Shown here: positions 37,451 to 50,600 of the stretch, piece by piece | Layout of the letters: the number at the start of each line of letters is the position of its first letter | Numbering within the stretch: the stretch's first letter is position 1 | Source of the DNA: Haliotis cracherodii | Taxonomy: Eukaryota | Length of the DNA: 64,000 nucleotides | Direction: 5' to 3' | Assembly: GCF_022045235.1 (NCBI RefSeq) | Contig: NW_027266319.1 | Coordinates: 47,120,001 to 47,184,000 of the forward strand | Program-made: the position numbers and the translations under genes | The notes under the pieces: generated by a model | The model's input: only the letters and a program-made list of their open reading frames with translations | Told to the model about the DNA's origin: nothing | The model's database searches: none

Positions 37451-38174
37451 ACCATGTATGGAGAGCCACGTGACTTCGAATTAATATTTAATCAAATCTC
37501 GTCTTGTATTGACAATACACAGTATATGGTGAAATAGTTCTTGGAGATCGTGTCTTATATGTTTAACTATATATAAAATGTTGTTTTAGATGAATTCCGC
37601 GACTGAATTTACTAGGTCCGCCAAACTGCTAATCCATGTTTGGAGTCCTTCCCCTTCCTCGTAAGATACAATGGAACCAGCGCCAGAAACAGCAACAGCA
37701 ACACTACTACTACTCCATTGGCATTGCATGACAACATCGATGAACGGGGAATGTTGTTTGAAATAGGAGGGACAAAAACTGTGGTTGTCTGAACCCTGGT
37801 CTTGTCAGGCAGCGGTTGGTCACTGGCAACTTGCCAACACAATTTAATTTCAGGTCGTGAAGTAACTGTCAATCAATACTGCACCACAGAGGAATGCCGT
37901 ACCCATGGTAACATTGATTAAGCAGTCACCGTCTGGAGCATATGCCTTTTTGGCCCTGATACACGACCGCGATGCCTTTAGGCTAAGCCTATAAACTACA
38001 GGATCTGCATAGCCCCAGTTTGCCTTGAAAACATTACACTGAGGGTCAAGAGGGTTTGTTGAAGGTACAGAGAAATGGGGATTACAGCATATTCAATCAA
38101 TCGGGAAAACTGTCACCGTTCACAATATACTCCAATTCATTCGGGGGAATATTGCAAGAATAGCAATGCTCTGG

Positions 38175-39085
38175 TCGTAATGTTACAGCGTTCTATCTGT
38201 AATAGTGTAATGTTCTTGTCGTAATGTTACAGTGTTCTATCTGTAATAGTGTAATGTTCTTGTCGTAATGTTACAGTGTTCTATCTGTAATAGTGTAATG
38301 TTCTTGTCGTAATGTTGCAGTGTTCTATCTGTAATAGTGTAATGTTCTTGTCGTAATGTTACAGCGTTCTATCTGTAATAGTGTAATGTTCTTGTCGTAA
38401 TGTTACAGTGTTCTATCTGTAATAGTGTAATGTTCTTGTCGTAATGTTACAGTGTTCTATCTGTAATAGTGTAATGTTCTTGTCGTAATGTTACAGTGTT
38501 CTATCTGTAATAGTGTAATGTTCTTGTCGTAATGTTGCAGTGTTCTATCTGTAATAGTGTAATGTTCTTGTCGTTATGTTACAGCGTTCTATCTGTAATA
38601 GTGTAATGTTCTTGTCGTTATGTTGCAGTGTTCTATCTGTAATAGTGTAATGTTCTTGTCGTAATGTTGCAGTGTTCTATCTGTAATAGTGTAATGTTCT
38701 TGTCGTTATGTTACAGCGTTCTATCTGTAATAGTGTAATGTTCTTGTCGTAATGTTACAGTGTTCTATCTGTAATAGTGTAATGTTCTTGTCGTTATGTT
38801 GCAGTGTTCTATCTGTAATAGTGTAATGTTCTTGTCGTAATGTTACAGTGTTCTATCTGTAATAGTGTAATGTTCTTGTCGTAATGTTGCAGTGTTCTAT
38901 CTGTAATAGTGTAATGTTCTTGTCGTAATGTTACAGTGTTCTATCTGTAATAGTGTTATGTTCTTGTCGTAATGTTACAGTGTTCTATCTGTAATAGTGT
39001 AATGTTCTTGTCGTAATGTTACAGCGTTCTATCTGTAATAGTGTAATGTTCTTGTCGTAATGTTGCAGTGTTCTGTCTGTAATAA
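38175..39085. repeat. 44-bp minisatellite (GTAATGTTACAGTGTTCTATCTGTAATAGTGTAATGTTCTTGTC)
   Basis: About 20 nearly identical units. Confidence 0.97.
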
Positions 39086-39489
39086 TGCTGTGTCCTAGTT
39101 GTAACAAAGAACATCTCTGGTGGTAATAATGTAATGTGATAGCGTGCATGATGTGGCAGAAGTACTTTTTTCGACCCTGTCAGTGATATAAACAGCCATC
39201 TATCGACTTCGTTGCACAACACGACCTCGATGCCTGGATACAAGTCAACTGAAATGACACTCAAGCGATCATTTATCATCAATGCAGTCACATATCCCTG
39301 AACCACATTTATCATTTAAAACTCGCTTCAACAGGGGCTACCGTTTGGGTGAAATTTAGACAATAACCTACGAAAAACGAAAAATCACACCAAAGCGAAT
39401 GAGTACTGTCAACTCCGATCATTATCGTCCGATTCTTTTCACGTTATAATAGTTCAGGGCAAAATAATAGTATGTGCTTTATTTCACTA

Positions 39490-39650
39490 CACATGGAGGT
39501 AGAACAAACTACGCTGGTAGACAAAGGGCCGGCAAAGATTCATGTTCACAGAAGATAACAGATTCCAGCTTTTCACAGCAGATGAAAGAGTTTATGCCTA
39601 CCGCTGACGAACCGTCTGGAGGTGGTGGCATTATTGTTTGGGCCGCACCA
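39490..39650 (+). pseudogene. Short Tc1 transposase relic
   Basis: RQRFMFTEDNRFQLFTADERVYAYR*R, then GGGGIIVWA, parallel to WR.VLFTDESRF.LF..DGR.RVYRR...GGGGVMVWG of the two Tc1 elements in this window. Confidence 0.7.
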
Positions 39651-39659
39651 TTACCCGAG

Positions 39660-40776
39660 TCAATACGGCATCTGTAGCCATATCAATGCGGCATCTGTAG
39701 CCAAGACAAGGTGGCATCTGTAGCCATGACAATGCGGCATCTGTAGCCATGTCAATGCGGCATCTGTAGCCAAGACAAGGTGGCATCTGTAGCCAAGACA
39801 AGTTGGCATCTGTAGCCATGTCAATGCGGCATCTGTAGCCAAGTCAATGCGGCATCTGTAGCCATGTCAATGCGGGATCTGTAGCCAAGACAATGCGGCA
39901 TCTGTAGCCAAGACAAGGTGGCATCTGTAGCCATGTCAATGCGGCATCTGTAGCCATGTCAATGCGGGATCTGTAGCCAAGACAAGGTGGCATCTGTAGC
40001 CAAGTCAATGCGGCATATGTAGCCAAGACAAAGTGGCAGCTGTAGCCAAGACAAGGTGGCATCTGTAGCCAAGTCAATGCGGGATCTGTAGCCAAGACAA
40101 GGTGGCATCTGTAGCCATGTCAATGCGGGATCTGTAGCCAAGACAAGGTGGCATCTGTAGCCATGTCAATGCGGCATCTGTAGCCAAGACAAGGTGGCAT
40201 CTGTAGCCAAGACAAGGTGGCATCTGTAGCCATGTCAATGCGGGATCTGTAGCCAAGACAAGGTGGCATCTGTAGCCATGTCAATGCGGCATCTGTAGCC
40301 AAGACAAGGTGGCATCTGTAGCCAAGACAAGGTGGCATCTGTAGCCATGTCAATGCGGCATCTGTAGCCAAGTCAATGCGGCATCTGTAGCCATGTCAAT
40401 GCGGGATCTGTAGCCAATACAATGCGGCATCTGTAGCCAAGACAAGGTGGCATCTGTAGCCATGTCAATGCGGCATCTGTAGCCATGTCAATGAGGCATC
40501 TGTAGCCAAGACAAGGTGGCATCTGTAGCCAAGACAAAGTGGCAGCTGTAGCCAAGACAAGGTGGCATCTGTAGCCAAGTCAATGCGGCATCTGCAGCCA
40601 TGTCAATGCGGGATCTGTAGCCAAGACAATGCGGCATCTGTAGCCAAGACAAAGTGGCATCTGTAGCCAAGACAAGGTGGCATCTGTAGCCAAGACAAAG
40701 TGGCAGCTGTAGCCAAGACAAGGTGGCATCTGTAGCCAAGTCAATGCGGCATCTGCAGCCATGTCAATGCGGCATC
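39660..40776. repeat. 23-bp minisatellite with interspersed variants (GGCATCTGTAGCCATGTCAATGC / GGCATCTGTAGCCAAGACAAGGT)
   Basis: Tandem periodicity. Confidence 0.97.
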
Positions 40777-41735
40777 CGGTTGGTCAAGTTTCCTTTGCTC
40801 GTCAGTTTACATTATTGAAATAATAATTATTTTTATATATATAATTGTGTTTTTCATGTAAGGATAAACCGATTACTGGGTATTTAACACCACAGTCAAC
40901 AACTGTTTCAGTCATATTGCAGCGGAATTCTTACAGCAGAGAAATCAGATGTGCGATAAACTTTCTTCAGTGCTGCACATAAACGATTTTATTAATTTTG
41001 GTAACCAGGATGACACTGCAATGTTGAACTGTTTGCTTGGAGATCACAGCACTTTATGTCGTGTTGATTTTAACACTTGGATACAATTTGTGTTGGTTGT
41101 CTCAAATTTTGTACATATTTGCAGGCTACACATCAAACAAAGCATGTTATAACCATTACTGCTCACTAGCATCTACCTAGAAGTACAGTGTATGTTTATA
41201 TTTTTTGTTATCTGCTTTTGTTTTATTACAGGTCAATTATGATTTGACGTTATTTACTTTCATATGGACTCTTCAATTATTGGAGGAAATAAAGAATGTC
41301 TGTCTGCCATTACTCTATGTCAAAGATTATGGCTTTGATCAAGAAAAGACTGTTTTAATGAGGATGGCCCTATTGCGGTGTTGAGGCAGAAAAAGAATTC
41401 CAAGCAAATATAGGCTTAGGTTTTTTTTATTTACATCAAATTATGAGCTGTGTTTTTTAAAGCTCAGTCGGTTAGATGTCACAAAAACTGGTTGCTTGTT
41501 TTATTGTATGTAACATGTACAGCAGAGACCGTCCTCGCGATGAGTTGTGGTGCGACCGCAATATACTCCTGTTCATTTCGCAAGGAATGTTCGTATCCAA
41601 ATGGCCCCATTTTACTATTATAAACACAACCCAACTCTTAGTCTGTGGTACAGACCCTGAAACAAATATAACCAATATAGCCAATGCAAGTCTTTAATAA
41701 TAGTGCATCAGCAAACAACACATGACAATATTTAA

Positions 41736-41922
41736 GTGAGTGAGTGAGTATGGTTTTACGCCGCTTTTAGCAATATTCCGGCAATATCACGGGTGGGGGG
41801 GGGGGGGGGGGGGGGGGGGACACCAGAAATGGGCTTCACACATTGTACCCATGTCGGGATTCGAACCCGGGTCTTCGGCGTGACGAGCGAACGCTTTAAC
41901 CACTAGGCTACCCGACCGCCCC
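41736..41922 (-). mobile_element. Full-length short tRNA-Asp-like SINE
   Basis: Head with A box TAGCCTAGTGG, GTC anticodon-like loop and B box GGTTCGAATCC; (ACTC)n tail; perfect 13-bp TSD TGACAATATTTAA (41723-41735, 41923-41935). Confidence 0.93.
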
Positions 41923-43030
41923 TGACAATATTTAAAGCATGAACAGTTGCATTATTGATATCAGGTTTGTAGGATGTCTTTGAGGAGTATATTAAACAAT
42001 GTGGGAGACTAAAGATATCCTTGTCTTACCCTAATGTTGGATTTTAAGGATTTTAAATGCCTTTGTTACTTATCACTCGATAAATAAAAAGCAACAAAAC
42101 ACTTTACATGGGCATACGAGATCTCTGGTAAAAGCAGTCAATTTTACCAACTGTATGAGGAGCATGTGTTTATGAATCATTATGTAATAGGTCAACTATA
42201 TCAGTATATGGTGATGGATGCACCATCTGGATTGACAGAACTGATAGAACAATGGTACCAAAGATACATTTGATCGCGGGGAAAGTAATTTGAACATCGA
42301 CATACCGCCAGCCCATTATGACGTATGAGTAAAGAATGTAGGATAATATAAACATTTTACTACTTATTTTGTATGCACACAGTGATATCAATAGTATCGA
42401 CACATGAATCTTTATAAGTGACGTTTGGCCTGATCATTTTCATGTTTAGAAGTCTATCACGTCAACTGTCAATTCAATATTTCTTAAACTATCTGTTCTT
42501 GCAAGGTGCCTTTTCGCAATTCTCCGTTTGAAATTGTCAGCCCTTTTGGACATCAGTCAACGTATTTAACAAGAGCATTAGCCATGTCGTCATTCACACA
42601 GCAATACTGTGTCTCCAGTGTTAGAGTTGTCTTCAAATTGAGTAGATTCACTGACAGTAATAACATGAACACACTATTTCTGGAAATCATAATTGATAGG
42701 GATTTTATTGACGTTTCATACATTAATCTTCGGGGCGCCATACTAAATTTCAGAGATTATAAAACTTCCTTCGTTTGCAACAACAGAAGTATCCTGTAAT
42801 CCGATTGTTTTTGTCAAGTGTCACTTTGCTCGACAGCATTTCCTGTCATACGATGACATGGGTCACAGTGATAGCCGCACCCCTTCAACCACAGTAGACA
42901 TCACCTAGCAGCTGAGGGATTCCCCTCCCTCTTCTACATGTCAGGGCTGTTCAATGTAGGCTAGTTCATGGACCCGCCGCACTCACAATGGCGAGCACTG
43001 TTGTGTGAATTCTTCCGAGAGCAAACATAC

Positions 43031-43202
43031 TTCATGATTGACGGTCTACTCGGTCCAGCTGCATGTTCTCTCTTCATGATTGACGGTCTACTCTCTCCAG
43101 CTGCATGTTCTCTCTTCACGATGTACGGTCTTCTCTCTCCAGCTGCATGTTCTCTCTTCCCGATGTACGGTCTACTCTCTCCAGCTGCATGTTCTCTCTT
43201 CC
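43031..43202. repeat. 42-bp tandem repeat x4
   Basis: ACGGTCTACTCTCTCCAGCTGCATGTTCTCTCTTC core repeated. Confidence 0.9.
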
Positions 43203-43224
43203 GTGTAAAATATCACTTATTATA

Positions 43225-44100
43225 TACCCAAGAAACCATGTAAAGTATCGCTGATTACATACCCAGGAAACCATTTTAAGTATCGCTGATTACATGCCCA
43301 GGAAACCATGTAAAGTATCACTGATTACATGCCCAGGAAACCATGTGAAGTATCACTGATTACATGCCCATGAAACCATGTAAAGTATCGCTGATTACAT
43401 GCCCACGAAACCATGTAAAGTATCACTGATAACATACCCACAAAACAATGTAAAGTATCACTGATAACATACCCACAAAACCATGTAAAGTATCGCTGAT
43501 TACATACCCACGAAACCATGTAAAGTATCGCTGATTGCATGCCCACGAAACCATGTAAAATATCACTGATTACATACCCACGAAACCATGTAAAGTATCG
43601 CTGATTGCATACCACGAAACCATGTAAAGTATCACTGATTACGTACCCACGAAACCATGTAAAGTATCGCTGATTACATACCCACGAAACCATGTAAGGT
43701 GTCGCTGATTACATGCCCACGAAGACATGTAAAGTATCGCTGATTACATGCCCACGAAACCATGTAAAGTATCACTGATTACATGCCCACGAAACCATGT
43801 AAAGTATCGCTGTTTACATGCCAAGGAAACCATGTAAAGTATCACTGATTACATGCCAAGGAAACCAAGTAAATTATCCCTGATTACATGCCAAGGAAAC
43901 CAAGTAAATTATCACTGATTACATGCAAAGTAAACTAAGTAAATTATCACTGATTACATACCCACAAAACCATGTAAACTATCACTGATTACATCAACAT
44001 GAAACCAAGTAAACTATCCCTGATTACATACCAAGGAAACCAAGTAAATTATCACTGATTACATGCCAAGGAAACCAAGTAAAGTTCACTGATTACAAAC
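43225..44100. repeat. 35-bp minisatellite (GAAACCATGTAAAGTATCGCTGATTACATACCCAC)
   Basis: Tandem periodicity with a variant gradient along the array. Confidence 0.95.
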
Positions 44101-44121
44101 TCACGACACCATGTAATCCCT

Positions 44122-46782
44122 TTCATGTACAAACCCACTTCCCCAGGTCCTCTCATGTACATACCAACTACGTCAGGCCCTCTCATGTACAAACCAACGA
44201 CGTCAAGCCCTCTCATGTACAAACCAACAACGTCAGGCCCTCTCATGTACATACCAACAACGTCAGGTCCTCTCATGTACAAACCAACAACGTCAGGCCC
44301 TCTCATGTACATACCAACGACGTCAAGCCCTCTCATGTACAAACCAACAACGTCAAGCCCTCTCATGTACATACCAACAACGTCAGGCCCTCTCATGTAC
44401 ATACCAACGACGTCAGGCCCTCTCATGTACAAACCAACAACGTCAAGCCCTCTCATGTACATACTGTAGTGGCCCGGACCCGAACTTCTGATAAACCTCG
44501 AAGTCTGGATGTAACGGAGAGTCAAAACACTTCTTTTCAATGAATAATTAGTTTTTATTCATGTGGGTATAACAATGCCTTATATGGACAACACAATTCT
44601 TCCAAATAAGTAGATCCCTCTCAGCTTTAAGGTTTATTTGTAAGGACCAGTGTCAGGGCAAAATAATTATTGCCTGTAACTATAATGGTATTTTACTGCT
44701 ATAAATATATATAGATGACTTCTTCATCTGAATAACTTTACAGTTACTAAGAAAGCAATTTGTGTCTGTGTTCAAAAATGCAGTCTATTTATAGAAATGA
44801 TTACATGAGGACAAGGGGAACTTTTGGGCTGAATTATCTGCCCTTTGATTGAAACTGACCTTTAGACTGCCAAAGTCAGAATGACCCAGAATGGATCTCA
44901 TCGTATTTATAGGTGTGAGAAAATGGTCACATGTCTGTTATTGACCAATCAAATTACGAGAAATTACGTCTCTTTACGTCCTTATTCCTTTGAGGGATCT
45001 ACTTTCACAATGTAAAATCACTGAAATAAAGAGGAAGGCAAACCATCTCAGGAGGTAATTTGGTAATTTGGTATAAAAATGAGTATTTATACCAATCAAT
45101 GAATTCTGTCTAATTGATTCACTAATTGCCTTCCAATATCACAAGATAAACAATTACGTCCTGCTACGTCGAAGCTACGTCCTTGCTGCCTGCCGAGAGG
45201 ACGTAATAACAACAAGCAACATCGACTGGGAATTATGATGGACAATTCAAAGAGGAAGATTACAAATGTCAGGAGGCAATTGGAATTTATCTGATGCATA
45301 AGACGTTTAATAACACAAATTGGCCACTGGTATGCTTTGACAGAAGCACTGGATGTCATATTTATGAGAAACATGTTCATAAACAGTGACGCTAAATACT
45401 GAGTATGAATACATCAGCGAAGATTACATAGTTCCTGATGTCAGAATTAACAGTAACTTTAATACACGTCTTGACATATCATCAAATACGATTCTGGGTT
45501 CCTCTGGACATAGTTCATTAGATTAAATAAACTTTATAGTGCAAAATGCTAAGCATTAGCCAAATTCAGTTACTTCATCGCGACCTAGGCTAGCTGTCAC
45601 AGTTAAAATGGCGGGCGTCGGCGAAACACGTAGCTTAGCCCTGGTCACAAATTCACACGATTATGGATAAATATCAAGCTGCCAAGTGATTGTGATCTGT
45701 TTGTTGAAGAACAAAGGTATGATTAATCTGTATCTGATGGTTAATTTGCGTAACTGTGTGCTTAGAACGATGAATTCTTCAAAAGTTACGGTCAATGCAA
45801 AACTCTTGAAACAAGTAAACAAGATCGTTTTGACAGGCACGTTGTTGACATCGATGCTTATGAGGTACTGGCACATCCTAAACAATATGCGTAACATGAT
45901 GGCATGGACATATGATTATTTTTACGAGATAACAGTGTGCCATGAAGCTCTACAAAAGCATGCTATGATCCTCTGATAGATTTCTTACTAAAACGGGATT
46001 CAAAACATTGAATTACGTGAAAACGAGGTTGGCAAAAATATACTGATATATACCTGCAAAACTTATTACAGTTTACAGGATAATTATGATATAATTCGTG
46101 CACTGTCATACAACCATCAAAAATACAGCAGGGAAATATTTACCAACAAACCAACAACGTCAAGCCCTCTCATGTACATACCAACAACGTCAGGCCCTCT
46201 CATGTACAAACCAACTACATCAGGCCCTCTCATGTACATACCAACTACCTCAGGCCCTCTCATGTACATACCAACTACCTCAGGTCCTCTGTTGTACAAA
46301 CCAACTACGTCAGGTCCTCTCATGTACAAACCAACTACGTCAGGTCCTCTCATGTACACACCAACTACGTCAGGCTCTCTCATGTACAAACCAACTACAT
46401 CAGGCTCTCTCATGTACAAACCCACTTCCTCAGGTCCTCTCATGTACAAACCCACTTCCACAGGCCCTCTCATGTACAAACCAACTTCTTTGGGTCCTCT
46501 CATGTACAAACCCACTACATCAGGCTCTCTCATGTACAAGCCCACTTCCTCAGGTCCTCTCATGTACAAACCCACTTCCTCAGGTCCTCTCATGTACAAA
46601 CCCACTACATCAGGCCCTCTCATGTACAAACCCACTTCCTAAGGTCCTCTCATGTAAAAGCCCACTGCATCAGGCTCTCTCATGTACAAACCCACTACAT
46701 CAGGCTCTCTCGTGTACAAACCCACTACATCAGGCTCTCTCATGTATAAACCCACTACCTCGGGTCCTCTCATGTACAAACC
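44122..46782. repeat. 30-bp minisatellite (CTCTCATGTACAAACCAACAACGTCAGGCC) in two blocks, 44122-44464 and 46148-46782, split by a ~1.7-kb unique insert
   Basis: Same unit on both sides of the insert. Confidence 0.93.
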
Positions 46783-47388
46783 ATGTATGCAATAGTATAC
46801 TTGCAGTACGGCACCCATCTATGTAATAGTATACGTGTAGTAGGGTACCCATGTATGCAATAGTATACTTGCAGTACGGTACCCATCTATGTAACAGTAT
46901 ACGTGTAGTACGGTACCCATGTATGCAATAGTATACTTGCAGTACGGCACCCATCTATGTAAGAGTATACGTGTAGTACGGTACACATGTATGCAATAGT
47001 ATACTTGCAGTACGGTACACATCTATGTAACAGTATACGTGTAGTACGGTACCCATGTATGCAATAGTATACTTGCAGTACGGTACCCATCTATGTAACA
47101 GTATACGTGTAGCACGGTACCCATGTATGCAATAGTATACTTGCAGTACGGCACCCATCTATGTAATAGTATACGTGTAGTAGGGTACCCATGTATGCAA
47201 TAGTATACTTGCAGTACGGTACCCATCTATGTAACAGTATACGTGTAGTACGGTACCCATGTATGCAATAGTATACTTGCAGTACGGCACCCATCTATGT
47301 AATAGTATACTTACAGTACGGTACCCATATATGCAATAGTATACTTGCAGTACGGTACCCATGCATGCAATACTATAGTTGCAGTACG
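46782..47388. repeat. 34-bp alternating dimer (68-bp higher-order) minisatellite
   Basis: CATGTATGCAATAGTATACTTGCAGTACGGTACC alternates with CATCTATGTAACAGTATACGTGTAGTACGGTACC; ORF starts recur every 68 bp. Confidence 0.95.
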
Positions 47389-47416
47389 TTTAACCTAAAT
47401 ACAATACTTTACTTGT

Positions 47417-47636
47417 GACCCGTGAAGATCCGGGTAGAGAACAAGCGCAATAGTTATTAACTGGATCGGGTGGTCATGCTTGTTGACTTGGTTGACGCAT
47501 GGCATCGTATCTCATTTCCGTAGATCGATGCCAATGATGTAAATCACTAGATTGTCTGGCCCAGACTCGATTTCATACAGAGCGCCGTCATATAGCTGGA
47601 ACATTGCTGAGTGCGGCGTTAAACAACAAACAAAAA
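47417..47636 (+). mobile_element. 5'-truncated Nin/Deu-type SINE
   Basis: Same start GACCCGTGAAGATCCGGGTAGAGAA and same tail as 9807-10056. Confidence 0.8.
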
Positions 47637-50600
47637 CTATATTTGCAGTACAGTGAACCTTAATACAATACTATACTTGCAGTACAGTGAACTTTAATAC
47701 AGTGAACCTTAATACAATACTATACTTGCAGTGCAGTGAACCTTAATACAATACTATACATGAACACATAATGATGCAGACTTTACCATTAGGTCTATGT
47801 TTAGATAAGAAGAATGTCCTTCACACCAAAAAGTACAGTCTGTGAAGATAGTAAGTACCTCAAAACCTAAAAAGCTCCTAAAACTAAGGAGTGCAGTCAA
47901 TGTTGACTTTTCCAAAGTGTTAATCCTCATCACTGCCGATCCCTATCCACGTTGACCGGTCGGTACGTGTCAAGACTGGACTCCCTCAAGGTTCTGCTGG
48001 AGATCCTTGTATTGATAAATCCATAGTGATCAGCTCGCAGCCAAGACCTCGACAACTTCATCAACGCACATCGCGTGCACATCAACAGCTATTGTCAGAG
48101 CAACCAATCGAATGGGACATATCATCGTTTCAAGAAATAACTTTTCAACGTTGATCACACGTTAAATTAAATTAGCCCCACTGTCATACTGGTTGACACC
48201 TTTGAAATATCACCCCGGGCCTTGGTTAGGCGTCATGCAGGTTACCCACGACTCCTTTAGAAGCAAGGAGTACATGGCCATGGCGTCTGAGGGTTTCCTG
48301 GTTACTGGTCTGTGCGGCCTGAGTGTAAATAAAATTCATTTCAGTTCAGATCAAGTCACCACATCACCGTTACCTGCAAAGTTACTTCGCCTGCTGTTGT
48401 ACTGGGTCCAGCATCAGGACGTCATGACGGCCTGGCCACTGCGGACATAATTCTGTGTCTCGGTCCTCGACGAGGGTCATCACAGCTGTGTGTATATCTG
48501 TATCTGTTAAGGTGCAGGATCGTCCTGTGAATGTGGGTCCCGATGTCAGTTATCCGCACCAGGGCTGTGTTAAGGTGCAGGGTCGTAATGGGATGTGGGT
48601 CCTGATGTCAGTTATCCACACCAGGGCTGTGTTAAAGTGCAGGATCGTAATGGGATGTGGGTCCTGATGTCAGTTATCCGAACCAGGGCTGTTCAAAGTG
48701 CCGGATCGTAATGGGATGTGGGTCCCGATGTCAGTTATCCGCACCTGGGCTCTTTTAAGGTGCTGGATCGTAATGGAATGTGGGTCCTGATGTCAGTTAT
48801 CCGCACCAGGGCTGTCTCAAAGTGCAGGATCGTAATGGGTTGTTGGTCCTGATGTCAGTTATCCGAACCAGGGCTGTGTCAAGCAGCTGGATCGTAATGG
48901 GATGTAGGTCCTGATATCAGTTATCCACACCCGGGCTCTCCCAAAGTGCAGGATCGTAATGGGATGTGGGTCCTGATGTCAGTTATCCACGCCCAGGCTG
49001 TCTCAAAGTGCAGGATCGTAATGGGATGTGGATCCTGATGTAGTTTATCCACACCAGGGCTGTCTTTAAAGTGTAGGATCGTAATTGGATGTGAGTCCTG
49101 ATATCAGTTACCCCTCACCAGGGCTGTATTAAAGTACATGATCGTATTGGTATGTGGGTCCTGATATCAGTTATCCGCACCAGGGCTGTCTCAAAGTGCA
49201 GGATCGTAATGGGATCTAGGTCCTGATGTCAGTTATCCGCACCAGGGCTGTCTCAAAGTGCACGATCGTAATAGGATGTGGGTCCTGATGTCAGTTACCC
49301 GCACCAGGGGTGTCTTAAAATGTAGGATCGTATTGGGATGTGGGACCTGATGTCAGTTATCCTCACCAGGGGTGTCTTAAAGTGCAGGCTTGTAATCGTA
49401 TGTGGGTCCTGATGTCAGTTATCCGCACCAGGGCTGTGTTAATGTGCTGGATCGTAATGGAATTTGGATCCTGATATCAGTTATCCGCACCAGGGCTGTG
49501 TTAATGTGCTGGATCGTAATGGAATTTGGATCCTGATATCAGTTATCCGCACCAGGGCTGTCTTTGAGTGCATGATCTTATTGGGATGTGCGTCCTGATG
49601 TCAGTGATCCGCACCAGGACTGTCTTTAAGTGAAGGATCGTAATGGGATGTGGGTCCTGATGTCAGTTATCTGCACAATCGTTGTCTTAAAGTGCAGGAT
49701 CGTAATGGGATGTGGGTCCTGATGTCAGTTACCCGCACCAGGGCTGTCTTAAAGTGCAGGATCGTATTGGGATGTGGGTGCTGATTTCAGTTATCCGCAA
49801 GAGGGCTGTCTTAAAGTGTAGGATCGTAATGGGATGTGGGTCCTTATATCAGTTATCCGCACCAGGGCTGTGTTAAGGTGCTGGATCGGAATGGGATGTG
49901 GGTCCTGATGTCAGTTATCCGCACCATTGCTGTCTTAAAGTGCAGGATCGTATTGGGATGTAGGTCCTAATGTCAGTTATCAACACCAAGGCTATGTCAG
50001 TTATCCACACCAAGGATGTCGTTAAGTTCAGGATCATAATGGGATGTGGGTCCTCATGGCAGTCATCTGCACCAGGGCTCTGTTAAGGTGCGGGATCGTA
50101 TTGGGATATGGGTCCTGATATCAGTTATCCACACCAGGGATGTTGTAAAGTTCAGGATTGTAATGGGATCTGGGACCTGATGTCAGTTATCCGCACCAGA
50201 GCTGTGTTAAGGTGCTGGATGGTAATGGGATGTGGGTCCTGATGTCAGTTATCCGCACAAGGGCTTTCTCAAAGTGCAGGATCGTATTGGGATTTGGATC
50301 CTGATGTCAGTTATCCGCACCATGGCTGTGTTAAGGTGCAGGATCGTATTGGGATGTAGGTCCTAATGTCAGTTATCAACACCAAGGCTATCTTTAAGTG
50401 AAGGATCGTAATGGGATGTGGGTCCTGATGTCAGTTATCCACGCCCAGGCTGTCTCAAAGTACAGGATCGTATTGGTATGTGGGTCCTGATATCAGTTGT
50501 CCGCACCATGGCTGTCTCAAAGTGCACGATCGTAATAGGATGTGGGTCCTGATGTCAGTTACCCGCACCAGGGGTGTCTTAAAATGTAGGATCGTATTGG

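Noticed and set aside
37612-38100. Possible Gypsy integrase C-terminal relic (RQKQQQQHYY)
   Set aside because: Too weak and fragmented to support.
41845-41922. tRNA-Asp gene (also the head at 6995-7070)
   Set aside because: Poor acceptor stem, continues into a SINE body and tail, and is flanked by TSDs.
41290-42300. Possible LINE RT relics (SVYGDGCTIW; also GLPQGS near 47978)
   Set aside because: Isolated degenerate motifs; boundaries and family cannot be supported without alignment.
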